Shown: piece after piece, positions 1-8,666 of the stretch
How positions within the stretch are numbered: position 1 is the stretch's first letter
Layout of the letters: every line of letters begins with the position of its first letter
Assembly (NCBI GenBank): GCA_033763655.1
Contig: JANRKD010000001.1
Location: forward strand, 23-64,022
Direction of reading: 5' to 3'
Source of the DNA: Alphaproteobacteria bacterium
GTDB lineage: Bacteria; Pseudomonadota; Alphaproteobacteria; Rickettsiales; UBA3002
DNA: 64,000 nt
Program-made: the position numbers and the translations under genes
Notes under the pieces: model-generated
Databases searched by the model: none
Told to the model about the DNA's origin: nothing
Seen by the model: only the letters and a program-made list of their open reading frames with translations

Positions 1-170
1 CGTTTCGACTCCCCCGCGAGGGGGGAGTTGGAGGAAGTGCCTCAGGCGCGGGGAGTGAAGGTGGGTTGCTTCGGCCTTTCACCGTGAGGGTGCGTAGTGC
101 GGTTCCGCCCGCGCCTCGCAACGACGCGGGGCGGGGGTGGTGCCCTGCGCAGGCTGACCGCCATCAGCCG

Positions 171-522
171 CTTCCCCATCGCTTGTCATGCCAGCTTCAA
201 GCTGGCATCCAGCCTCTTCGCAAAAATCTCCGGCGCCGACTTAGCTGTGATGGATGCCAAATCACGTTTGGCATGACAAACGGTGGGGTTGGGCGCTGGA
301 GGCTGTGGGTTGAGTGTGGGGTGTAAACCGTGGGTGGCGCCACTCACTTTTTTACTACGCGACTCTTCTCTTGCCGCTTCCCTCACCCCAACCCTCTCCC
401 GCCTGCGGGAGAGGGGGCGACTCCCCTCGTCAGCCACCATCCTCTATTCACTTCTTTCCTTCACTTCTTTCCTTCACTGGCTACTGACTACTGGCTACTG
501 GCTACCGGCAACTGGCTACTCC
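171..522. repeat. Composite palindromic intergenic repeat, copy 1
   Basis: About 350 nt collinear with 49970-50297. Contains hairpins 189-207 and 254-274, a CCCTCTCCC/GGGAGAGGG palindrome at 380-417, a 13-mer x2 at 447-472 and a heptad array at 478-519. Abuts the stop codon of the acyl-CoA dehydrogenase gene. Confidence 0.8.
478..519. repeat. 7-bp tandem array (TGGCTAC-like x6)
   Basis: TGGCTAC TGACTAC TGGCTAC TGGCTAC CGGCAAC TGGCTAC read directly. Ends 3 nt from the stop codon at 523-525. Confidence 0.85.
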
Positions 523-2295
523 CTAAAACCCTGCCTCGGCCATCACCGGGTCGGCACCGGCGGTGATGCTGGCCAGCAGCGAGATCGTGCCGGGCAGGAT
601 TTTGGCGTAATAGAACCGCGCCGTCGCCAGCTTCGCCTGCATGAACTCGGGGTCGGAATCCTTCAGCGCTAGTGCCAGTTTCGCCTGTTTCGCCCAGATA
701 TAGGCAAAGACCACGAGGCTGAACATCTTCTGGTATTCCACCGCTCCGGCCCCGGCATGGTTCGGATTCACAAACCCCATCGTACCGATCCACATCGTCG
801 CCTGTTGCAGGTATTTCAGGTGCGCTTTGAGCGGTTTGGTGAATTCGGCCATCGCCGGGTCGTTGCGATTTTCAGCGATAAACGCATCCACCGGGTGGAA
901 GAAGCGGCTTAAATAACGCCCCGTATCAAACGGCAGTTTACGGCCGACCAGATCCATCGCCTGCACGCCGTTGGTGCCTTCGTAAATCATGGCGATGCGG
1001 GCGTCGCGCAGGTATTGGCTGGCACCGTACTCCTCGATATAGCCATAGCCGCCGAAGCATTGCATGGCGGTGGAGGCGGTTTCAAAGCCACCGTCGGTCA
1101 GCGAGGATTTGAGGATGGGCGTCACGAGCTGCACAAAATCATCTGCTGCCGCACGCGCGTCGGCATCCGGGTGGCGGTGGGCGATATCGACCTCACGCGC
1201 CGTCCACAAGGCCAGCGCCCGCGCACCTTCGGTAAAGGCTTTCATCGTGTGCAGCATCCGCCGCACATCCGGGTGGACGGTGATCGGGTCGGCCACCTTG
1301 TCGGGGAACTTCGCTCCGGTCAGTGCGCGACCCTGCAAGCGTTCCCGCGTGTAGGCCAGCGCGTTCTGGTACGCCGCTTCGGCAACGCCCAGCCCCTGCA
1401 CGCCGACATACAGCCGCGCGGTGTTCATCATCGTGAACATGGCAGGCAGGCCGCGATGCGCCTCACCGACCAGCCAGCCTGTTGCACCGTCATAGTTCAT
1501 GACGCAGGTCGGCGAGGCATGAATGCCGAGTTTATGCTCGATACTGCCGCAGGCAAAACCGTTGCGCGCACCGATGCTGCCATCCGCATTCACCAGAAAT
1601 TTTGGGCAGACAAACAGTGAAATACCCTTGCTGCCTTTGGGCGCATCGGGCAGGCGCGCGAGCACGAGATGGATGATGTTTTCAGTCTGATCCTGCTCGC
1701 CCGCCGAAATAAAAATCTTGGTACCGGTAATGTTGTAGCTGCCATCCGTATTTGGTTCAGCGCGGGTTTTGAGCAAGCCCAGATCGGTGCCCGCTGTCGG
1801 CTCGGTCAGGCACATCACGCCCGACCACGCACCCGAAATCATCTTTGGCAGGTATATCTTTTTCAGCTCCTCACTCGCATGCAGCAGCAGCGCGTGAATC
1901 GCCCCATGCGTCAGCCCCGGCGTGAGGCCGAACGAGAGGTTGCTCGAACAGACCATCTCAAGCATCGGCATGTTGAGAAACTCCGGCATGCCCTGCCCGC
2001 CGAATTCGGCCGGCCAGGTCAGGGTCGGCCAGCCACCTTCGACATAAGCCGCGTAGGCCTCCTTGAAACCGGCGGGGGTGATGACGCTGCCTTTATCGAA
2101 CTTCAGGCCCTGTCTGTCACCCACCACGTTGAGCGGGAACAGCACCTCCTCGCACAGCTTGGCCGATTCGGCGAGCAGCGGCTCGACCAGGTCGCGCGCT
2201 TCGCTGAAGCCCTCAATATCGGCATGTTTGTCGAGTTCGAGGAAATGATTGATGAGGAATTGATAGTCTTTCAACGGCGCGGTGTAGGTGGGCAT
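523..2295 (-). CDS. Acyl-CoA dehydrogenase, long (~590 aa) form
   Basis: ORF 523..2343 trimmed to the ATG giving MPTYTAPLKDYQFL. ACAD-like blocks (WPAEFGGQG, IYEGTNGVQAMDL) plus a long C-terminal helical extension. Confidence 0.85.
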   Translation of the reverse strand: MPTYTAPLKDYQFLINHFLELDKHADIEGFSEARDLVEPLLAESAKLCEEVLFPLNVVGDRQGLKFDKGSVITPAGFKEAYAAYVEGGWPTLTWPAEFGGQGMPEFLNMPMLEMVCSSNLSFGLTPGLTHGAIHALLLHASEELKKIYLPKMISGAWSGVMCLTEPTAGTDLGLLKTRAEPNTDGSYNITGTKIFISAGEQDQTENIIHLVLARLPDAPKGSKGISLFVCPKFLVNADGSIGARNGFACGSIEHKLGIHASPTCVMNYDGATGWLVGEAHRGLPAMFTMMNTARLYVGVQGLGVAEAAYQNALAYTRERLQGRALTGAKFPDKVADPITVHPDVRRMLHTMKAFTEGARALALWTAREVDIAHRHPDADARAAADDFVQLVTPILKSSLTDGGFETASTAMQCFGGYGYIEEYGASQYLRDARIAMIYEGTNGVQAMDLVGRKLPFDTGRYLSRFFHPVDAFIAENRNDPAMAEFTKPLKAHLKYLQQATMWIGTMGFVNPNHAGAGAVEYQKMFSLVVFAYIWAKQAKLALALKDSDPEFMQAKLATARFYYAKILPGTISLLASITAGADPVMAEAGF

Positions 2296-2299
2296 AATC

Positions 2300-2626
2300 T
2301 TACTCCTCGTAATGTGCGAGAATATTGCGCAGAACACCTGCAAGTGCTTGCACTTCCTGTGCGGCCATCGCCTCTAACTCCGCAAGCGTATGTTCGTCAT
2401 ACCCATGCGAGATGACATTGCGAAGATCAATAATATCCTTCCACAAAATCTGCGGATAGACCGATTGCAAATCACGCGGTATTTTTTTGGCGGCCTCCCC
2501 GATTATCACCAACGCCCGTTCGAGCGCCAGCTTGCGCAGCCTGTCATTTCCTTGGGCCTGAGCTATCTGCGTTGCTTCTGTAGCAAAGCTGAACATCTCT
2601 TCAAAATACAACCGATATACCTTCAT
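2300..2626 (-). CDS. HepT-like HEPN (DUF86) toxin, copy 1
   Basis: R-x4-H-x-Y motif RNVISHGY. 108 aa from the internal ATG (MKVYRLY). ATGA overlap with the upstream nucleotidyltransferase gene. Confidence 0.8.
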   Translation of the reverse strand: MKVYRLYFEEMFSFATEATQIAQAQGNDRLRKLALERALVIIGEAAKKIPRDLQSVYPQILWKDIIDLRNVISHGYDEHTLAELEAMAAQEVQALAGVLRNILAHYEE

Positions 2627-2907
2627 AGCGGCACCGCCTCGCGCAGAATATAAGGCGCTAATTGCTGTTTCAGGCATTCATCATTCGCCATATCGACAGG
2701 GCATCCAATAATCTGCGCTATTTCCCGCCGCACGCCCACCCCTGCCCACGGCAAACGCCGCGTATAATGCACCAGCAGATCCACGTCGCTATCCGGCCGC
2801 GACTCCCCGCGCACGACCGAACCAAACACGCGGATGTTCGTGATGCCATGCTTGAAGGCAATCGCCTCAATCTGCGGTTTGTAACGGCGCAGTTCGTCGA
2901 GGTTCAT
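2623..2907 (-). CDS. MntA-like minimal nucleotidyltransferase antitoxin, copy 1
   Basis: GSVVRGESRPDSDVDLLV matches the GSxxRG...DxD nucleotidyltransferase motif. 94 aa, immediately upstream of the HEPN gene. Confidence 0.8.
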   Translation of the reverse strand: MNLDELRRYKPQIEAIAFKHGITNIRVFGSVVRGESRPDSDVDLLVHYTRRLPWAGVGVRREIAQIIGCPVDMANDECLKQQLAPYILREAVPL

Positions 2908-2911
2908 GGCG

Positions 2912-5299
2912 CTAATTCCTCAGCGGTTTACTGGTGTTGAGCATATGCGCGATGCGGTCACGCGTGGCGGTGGTTTTGCAAAGCTCCATGAAAATATCAT
3001 GTTCGAGGTCGAGCAGGTGCTGCTCGCTTACCTCCTGCGTGATATCGGTATCGCCGCCGGTCAGCACGCGGGCGAGCGCGAGGCTGACCACTTCGTCATG
3101 CGGCGTCGCCTTGCCGGACGCACGGAAATTATCGACCGCAAGTTTCAGTGCCGTATAGCCCGACGCTCCCGGCAACCGCACCGTGCGTGGCACGGGGGGC
3201 GCGTAATCCACCGCCAGTTCGAGGGCACGCGATTTCGCATCGGCCAGCACACGGCGGCGGTTCATGCTGATGCGCGAGGCGGCATTCATAATCAGCATGT
3301 CCTGCGCTTCGGCGGCACTGCCTGCGACTTTTGCCATCGAGATATACTCGAACACTTTTGAAATCGCCGGCATTGGCCCACCGCCGATGAACGGGTCGGG
3401 TTTTTTGCCCGCCATGATGGCTTTTTGTGCGGCTTCGCCCGCTGCAATATGCCGCAGCAAAAGCTCCTTACAGCCGCCCCAGCCGGGGATGACCCCAATG
3501 CCTGCCTCGACCAGCCCGATATAGGACTCCAGATGCGCCTGCACTGCATCCGCATGCAGGTTCAGCTCGCAGCCGCCGCCCAGCGCCATGCCCGACAGCG
3601 AGGTGACCACCGGGAAGGGCGCGTATTTCAGGCCCATGAAAGCGTCCTGCCCTTGCTTAATCATATCCGAAATTGCCCACCAGCTCGCCGTGTTACACGC
3701 GAGCAGGAAGTAGCCGATATTGGCGCCAAAACTGAAATGATCGTTATCCGTTCCGACGACCAGCGCCTTAAAATTGCTGCGCACAATCTCGGGCAACTGC
3801 GCGACCATTTTCAGGTTCTCAGGGTCCCAGGTGTTCTGCTTGCTGGTCAGTTCGAGGCAGGCGACGCCGTCGCCCAGATCCCACAGCTGCGCCGAGGCAT
3901 TTTTGTGCACGGGTTTGCGCGTGAGCTTGATGTCTTCGAGCATCAGCGAGCCATCCGGAATCGGCACCGGCGCAAACTGGCCGCCAATGCTGAATTGCCG
4001 CCGTTTGCCATCGACCACATCGTAGAGTTTTTTGCCGAGGCTTTGCGCAATAATCGGCGGCACCTCCATCCCGGCCTGCTGCAACGCCGCCGCAAAAATC
4101 TCGGTGCCGGATTTACCCTGTGCGGCGAGTTTATCAATCATCGCGAAGGGGCCGTATTTCCAGTTGTAGCCCATCTGCATCGCCGCATCGACGGAGTAAA
4201 TATCGTCCGAGATTTCGGGAATCAGGCTGGCCGCATAATGCAGGGTTTGGAGCATGACCGCGCGGGCGTACTGGCCGCCGACATCGGGATGCGTAAACAA
4301 CGCCGCGATGCCTGCTTTTGCCGCATCGAGCGATTCGAGCTTCGGTTTTTTCTGCGGTGCATATTCGCCGGTTTTGAGGTCGATGGCTTCGAGCGTTTTT
4401 TTGCCACCCGCGCCTTTGTTCATGCGGTAGAAGCCGCCCTTGCCTTTACGCCCCGTATAGCCATCCGCAATCATTTTCTGCACCAGCGGCGGTAATTCAT
4501 ACAGCGTGCGGAACGCGTCGCCCTCGGGCAGCGTCGCCAGCATCGCTTTGGCGATCAGCGGCATCAGATCGATCCCGATTAAATCGTACAACCCGAACAT
4601 CCCCGTTTTCGGGAAGCCCAGCGGCTTGCCCATCACTGCATCCGCCGCCTCGACCGTAATGCCGGTACGCAATGCCTCGACCAGCCCTGCCGTCATCCAG
4701 TAGACGCCAATACGGTTAGCAAGAAAGCCCGGCGTGTCCTTGCACGGCACCACGCCTTTGCCAAGAGCGCGGTCGGCGAAGTCGCAGAATGCTGCAAAAC
4801 GATCCGCTGCAAAATGTGGCGACTTGGCCACCTCGAGCAGGCGCATGAAACGCGGCGGATTGAAAAAATGGGTAATCAGGAAATCATCCGCAAAACTTTG
4901 CGGCATGCCGTTGATGAGCACATGCAGCGGCAATGTCGAGGTATTCGAGGAAACAATGGAGCCTTTTTTGCGTACCGCTTCGATCTTGCGGTAGACTTCC
5001 TGCTTCACGTCGAGTTTTTCGACCACCACTTCGATAATCCAGTCGCACGCGGCGAGTTTGGCCAGATCATCCTCGAAATTACCCGCCGTTACCCGCCGCG
5101 CATATTTTTTATGCGCAAACCCAGGCGTGCCGCCCTTTAACTGCTTTTCAATCGCGCCTTCGGCCAGCGCATTCCTCGGCCCTTCTTTGGGGACAATATC
5201 GAGCAGCAGCACGGGAATACCTGCATTGGCGAGCACCGCCGCAATCCCCGAACCCATGACCCCCGAACCAAGAACCGCTACCTGTTTGATGTCTGTCAT
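2912..5299 (-). CDS. Fused 3-hydroxyacyl-CoA dehydrogenase / enoyl-CoA hydratase
   Basis: N-terminal Rossmann motif VAVLGSGVMGSGIA and a crotonase-like C-terminal half. 795 aa, lying between the thiolase and acyl-CoA dehydrogenase genes. Confidence 0.85.
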   Translation of the reverse strand: MTDIKQVAVLGSGVMGSGIAAVLANAGIPVLLLDIVPKEGPRNALAEGAIEKQLKGGTPGFAHKKYARRVTAGNFEDDLAKLAACDWIIEVVVEKLDVKQEVYRKIEAVRKKGSIVSSNTSTLPLHVLINGMPQSFADDFLITHFFNPPRFMRLLEVAKSPHFAADRFAAFCDFADRALGKGVVPCKDTPGFLANRIGVYWMTAGLVEALRTGITVEAADAVMGKPLGFPKTGMFGLYDLIGIDLMPLIAKAMLATLPEGDAFRTLYELPPLVQKMIADGYTGRKGKGGFYRMNKGAGGKKTLEAIDLKTGEYAPQKKPKLESLDAAKAGIAALFTHPDVGGQYARAVMLQTLHYAASLIPEISDDIYSVDAAMQMGYNWKYGPFAMIDKLAAQGKSGTEIFAAALQQAGMEVPPIIAQSLGKKLYDVVDGKRRQFSIGGQFAPVPIPDGSLMLEDIKLTRKPVHKNASAQLWDLGDGVACLELTSKQNTWDPENLKMVAQLPEIVRSNFKALVVGTDNDHFSFGANIGYFLLACNTASWWAISDMIKQGQDAFMGLKYAPFPVVTSLSGMALGGGCELNLHADAVQAHLESYIGLVEAGIGVIPGWGGCKELLLRHIAAGEAAQKAIMAGKKPDPFIGGGPMPAISKVFEYISMAKVAGSAAEAQDMLIMNAASRISMNRRRVLADAKSRALELAVDYAPPVPRTVRLPGASGYTALKLAVDNFRASGKATPHDEVVSLALARVLTGGDTDITQEVSEQHLLDLEHDIFMELCKTTATRDRIAHMLNTSKPLRN

Positions 5300-5640
5300 T
5301 TCAGATCCCCTTTGTATTGGCTCAGCACCGCCTCAAGCTCCGGCAACCGCTTCTCTATCACCTGCCATACTTTATCGGCATCAATTGTACCAAGATATTC
5401 ATGGACGAGAATGTGGCGAAAGGCCGCAATCGCCTGCCACGGAATTTCAGGATGCGCCTGTGTAATCCCTTCAGGCAGATGCACGGTCGCCTCGGCCAGC
5501 GTATGCAAACGGCGAATGACCGCATCGTAGGTTTTGCTGTCCTCTAAAAAGACGGCCTTGCCCCCACGAACATACTCCCGGATCAGCGCGACTGACTCCA
5601 GAATATGTGCGATATAAGGAGTGGCAATTTTGGCTTTCAT
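5296..5640 (-). CDS. HepT-like HEPN (DUF86) toxin, copy 2
   Basis: R-x4-H-x-Y motif RHILVHEY. ATGA overlaps with both neighbouring genes. Confidence 0.8.
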   Translation of the reverse strand: MKAKIATPYIAHILESVALIREYVRGGKAVFLEDSKTYDAVIRRLHTLAEATVHLPEGITQAHPEIPWQAIAAFRHILVHEYLGTIDADKVWQVIEKRLPELEAVLSQYKGDLK

Positions 5641-5927
5641 AGCGGTGTTGCATCCTTGAGAATGTAGGGTGCGATATATTTGTTAAGGTGGCTATCCAAC
5701 AGCACATCGGTATGGCGGTTGAGAATTTCCGCACTGCGATGCTGAAACCCGCCAAGATCAATGTAATCGCGATTATCCGCCAGATGCACCAGAAAATCCA
5801 CGTCACTGTCTGCACGCTCCTCTCCGCGCGCCACCGACCCAAAAATGCGGATATCGCTCACGCCGTAATGCCCTGCCGCTTCAAGCAGCTGCGTCCTTTT
5901 TGCGCGCACTTCATCCAGCAATGCCAT
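5637..5927 (-). CDS. MntA-like minimal nucleotidyltransferase antitoxin, copy 2
   Basis: GSVARGEERADSDVDFLV motif. ORF trimmed to MALLDEVRAK, whose ATG overlaps the TAA of the upstream gene (TAATG). Confidence 0.75.
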   Translation of the reverse strand: MALLDEVRAKRTQLLEAAGHYGVSDIRIFGSVARGEERADSDVDFLVHLADNRDYIDLGGFQHRSAEILNRHTDVLLDSHLNKYIAPYILKDATPL

Positions 5928-6244
5928 TATTTCTTCTCCGCCGCACGGTCCTGCCGGGTGATGGTCTGGCAGCCGCCAAGATAGCAGCGCGCCACCACGT
6001 CGTTGCTTTTCCAGAACGGTTGCGGCGCGCATGTGCCACGGGCGGCCTCCTGCCGGTAGTAGGCGACCGCCTCACCCTCAAACGCCGCATTGACTGAGGT
6101 TTTGCTGCACGCGCCTTCCACCACCACACATTGCGCATCGACCTCGCAATTGCGCCAGAATTTTCCCTCATGCAGCAGTTCCGCAGCCAGCGCTGCCACC
6201 GGCAGGCCCAGCGCCAGCACCGCCGCTGTCAGCGCAGCGCGCAT
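5927..6244 (-). CDS. Small secreted Cys-rich protein, unknown function
   Basis: Signal-peptide-like N-terminus MRAALTAAVLALGLPVAALA and six Cys in about 85 mature residues. Its start overlaps the thiolase stop (TGATG). Confidence 0.6.
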   Translation of the reverse strand: MRAALTAAVLALGLPVAALAAELLHEGKFWRNCEVDAQCVVVEGACSKTSVNAAFEGEAVAYYRQEAARGTCAPQPFWKSNDVVARCYLGGCQTITRQDRAAEKK

Positions 6245-7368
6245 CAGATGCGCTCCAGAATGGTGGCAATACCTTGGCCGCCGCCGATACAGGCTGTCGC
6301 CAGCGCATACTTGCCTTTGCCGCGACTCAACAGCAGCGCTGCCTTACCGGTGATGCGTGCGCCCGATGCCCCGAGTGGGTGGCCAAGTGCCAGCGCCCCG
6401 CCCTCGACATTCACCCGCGCCGCATCGCAGCCGAGTTCGGCAATGCACGGCAGCGACTGCGCGGCGAACGCTTCGTTGAGTTCAATAACGTCCATATCCT
6501 TGATGGCCAGCCCTGCCCGCGCGAGCGCCTTTTTCGACGCCGTAATCGGCCCAAGCCCCATAAGCCCCGGCTCCAGCCCTGCGACCGCCATCGACTTCAC
6601 CGCCGCCAACATCGGCAGCTTGTGCTTTTTGGCATACGCCTCGCTGGCGACAATCACCGCCGCCGCCCCATCCGTCAACGGACTGCTGGTGCCTGCTGTC
6701 ACCGTCCCGCGCGCATCGAACACCGGATTCAGCTTCGCCAAATCCTCGGGCGTCGAGTTGGCGCGAATCGTGCCATCCGTATCCACCACCCCGGCTTTGG
6801 TGGTGATAGGAGTGATTTCGTCCGCAAAGTTCGCCGCCGCCGCCTTACGGTGCGAGGCCAGCGCGAAATCTTCCTGCGCCTTGCGTTCGATATGGAATTT
6901 TTTGGCAACATTTTCTGCCGTCATCCCCATGCCGATATAGGCGTCGGGCATGGTCGCATAAAGCGCAGGGTTGGGCAGTGGGTTGAAGCCGCCCATGGGG
7001 ATACGGCTCATGGATTCGACCCCGGCGGCGACGAACAGCTCGCCTTTACCGGTGGCGATATTGCCCGCCGCGATATGAATTGCCTCCATGCTCGACCCAC
7101 ACCAGCGGTTGACGGTCAGCCCCGCCGTAGTGACGGGCAAGCCCGCCAGCAACCCGACCATCCGCGCGAGGTTGAAGCCCTGCTCGCCCTCGGGGAAGGC
7201 GCAGCCGAGAATCACGTCCTCGACATCCTCGGCCTTCACACCTGTCTTGGCAATCAGCGCCCGGATGATCGTCGCCGCCAGATCGTCGGGGCGTACGCCG
7301 GCCAGCTGGCCTTTGTAAGCGGGAGTGAAAGGGGAACGGGTATAGCCGACAATAACAGCGCGTGACAT
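6244..7368 (-). CDS. Acetyl-CoA C-acyltransferase (thiolase)
   Basis: 374 aa with thiolase blocks NRWCGSSMEAI (active-site Cys), ALGHPLGASGARI and CIGGGQGIA. Confidence 0.9.
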   Translation of the reverse strand: MSRAVIVGYTRSPFTPAYKGQLAGVRPDDLAATIIRALIAKTGVKAEDVEDVILGCAFPEGEQGFNLARMVGLLAGLPVTTAGLTVNRWCGSSMEAIHIAAGNIATGKGELFVAAGVESMSRIPMGGFNPLPNPALYATMPDAYIGMGMTAENVAKKFHIERKAQEDFALASHRKAAAANFADEITPITTKAGVVDTDGTIRANSTPEDLAKLNPVFDARGTVTAGTSSPLTDGAAAVIVASEAYAKKHKLPMLAAVKSMAVAGLEPGLMGLGPITASKKALARAGLAIKDMDVIELNEAFAAQSLPCIAELGCDAARVNVEGGALALGHPLGASGARITGKAALLLSRGKGKYALATACIGGGQGIATILERI

Positions 7369-7612
7369 AGAGGCTCCAGTCAGTGATAGCGAACTTCGCG
7401 GGCAAGGCGCTTTGCACGTGTTGCCGTTGCTGTTCGCACCTTACCACGCATGTACCTTAAGTAGCGATGCCTGACAGGTGGGTAACCGCGACGTCAACGA
7501 GCGAAAGGGGAAATGCCCTACACCCCACCATGCCATAAAAATCATGGTGATAGAAGCACCTTACTGTGCAATGCCTGCAAAGATTGTCATTGATTTTTGC
7601 GCTGTGGCAGAT

Positions 7613-7903
7613 TTACGCGGCGAAATGCTGGATGAGCGCACGCAGCAACGGTGGTTGCCAGAACAGCAGCCCGGCCTGAACCGCCGTCAGCGCCCAGAAC
7701 TTGAACTGAAAGCTGCCTTTGCGCGTTTTATGGCGCAAGCGCCGCTGCGCCGTCAACGCCGCCGGGGTGCCGCCCAGAAACCCGCCCAGCAGCAGGCTGG
7801 CCTCGGGGATGCGCCAGCCGCCGCGCATTGCCGCGCGCTTATCGTGCCAGTAGAGCGCGAAGGTCAGCAGGTTGATGAGAAGAAGGTAAGCCACCAGATG
7901 CAT
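7613..7903 (-). CDS. DUF1294 family membrane protein
   Basis: YWHDKRAA..WRIPEASLLLGGFLGGTPAAL..RHKTRK pattern. Start set at the ATG one codon inside the GTG-initiated ORF. Confidence 0.7.
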   Translation of the reverse strand: MHLVAYLLLINLLTFALYWHDKRAAMRGGWRIPEASLLLGGFLGGTPAALTAQRRLRHKTRKGSFQFKFWALTAVQAGLLFWQPPLLRALIQHFAA

Positions 7904-8034
7904 CACCTAAGGATAGGCGAAACCGCCCACCGGCACAACGCAGATTCGCCCTTCAGCCTAAAAACGCGCGCAGGCCTTCAGCTTTTTCAATAAATCCGCG
8001 TGACGGCGGCGGGCGGTTTCGCTATGCAGGGGCG

Positions 8035-8457
8035 ATGCGCAAACCACCCCAAAAACCGCCCGCTTTCCTCGGCAAACCGATGGCCGAAATGAGCGAGGCC
8101 GAGTGGGAATCGCTCTGCGATGGCTGCGGCCTGTGCTGCCAGATTCGCGTCGAGGACGAAGACACCGGCGAGATTGCGCTGAGCAATGCCGCCTGCCGCT
8201 ATTTATGCCTCAAATCCCACCAATGCAGCGATTACGCCAACCGCCAGCAAAACGTGCCGGATTGCATTAAGGTGACGCCTGAGAATGTGCTGGAACTCGA
8301 CTGGCTACCGCATAGCTGCGCCTACCGCCTCGTCGCGTTCGGCCAGCCCCTGCCCCGCTGGCACCACCTCATCAGCGGCGACCGCGCGCGCGTCCACCGC
8401 TATGGCCCGTCGATGAAAGGCGCGCTCATCAGCGAGGATGACGCCGATTGGGAGTAA
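8035..8457 (+). CDS. ycgN: YcgN-like UPF0260 Cys-cluster protein
   Basis: AEWESLCDGCGLCCQ...ACRYL...CSDY...PDCIKVTPEN...WLPHSCAYR is collinear with E. coli YcgN as I recall it. Confidence 0.8.
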   Translation: MRKPPQKPPAFLGKPMAEMSEAEWESLCDGCGLCCQIRVEDEDTGEIALSNAACRYLCLKSHQCSDYANRQQNVPDCIKVTPENVLELDWLPHSCAYRLVAFGQPLPRWHHLISGDRARVHRYGPSMKGALISEDDADWE

Positions 8458-8462
8458 GCTAA

Positions 8463-8467
8463 GGCGC
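8463..8467. repeat. Target-site duplication, left copy (GGCGC)
   Basis: The 5 nt immediately outside the prophage left terminus are identical to 41652-41656. Confidence 0.75.
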
Positions 8468-8660
8468 TGTCCAACGACACTTTGAATGGTAAATGGATAA
8501 GTGCCGGGATTAACCGGCGTTAAGTGGGACAAGGTGGGACGAGACCAACAGTGGCCGGGCGCTTCGGCGTTTCTGAAATTGGTGCATCGCTCGTCTGTGT
8601 AAAAATCGCTGTGCGACACTTTGACCCCCCATTTTCGGACGATGCGACACTTGGTTTGAT
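8468..8660 (+). promoter_or_regulatory. Left end (attL) with three putative transposase-binding repeats
   Basis: CGACAC-TTTGA-type repeats at 8468-8489 (TGTCCAACGACACTTTGAATGG), 8611-8625 and 8641-8660. Confidence 0.6.
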
Positions 8661-8666
8661 AGTGGC

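Noticed and set aside
478-519. Heptad arrays (478-519 and 50270-50297) considered as a CRISPR array or a phase-variation tract.
   Set aside because: The period is only 7 nt with no spacers and no cas genes. The arrays lie downstream of the affected genes apart from the last two codons of purU, so classic phase variation is unlikely. They are kept as repeat findings instead.
66-672. ORFs lying in the repeat regions (66..326, 186..440, 283..672, 330..566, 49867..50085, 49895..50080, 50058..50420, 50084..50608).
   Set aside because: They are read-throughs of palindromic or heptad repeat DNA (for example MLKQVQHD and PLPPAGEG strings). Both strands are open, and they have no start context.
6274-7365. 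Long antisense ORFs opposite well-supported genes. Examples are 6274..7365, 12397..13569, 13585..14433, 34439..35320, 45977..46693, 54980..56209, 57968..59071 and 62167..62916.
   Set aside because: They mirror strongly motif-supported genes on the other strand. Their translations are Arg/Ala/Gly/Pro-rich low-complexity sequence typical of GC-rich shadow frames, and none has a recognisable motif.
8598-8609. The 12-nt direct repeat TGTAAAAATCGC (8598-8609 and 41563-41574) as an att core.
   Set aside because: It lies inside the element on both sides and is part of the extended similarity between the middle left repeat and the innermost right repeat. The true junctions are better explained by the TG/CA termini and the GGCGC duplication.
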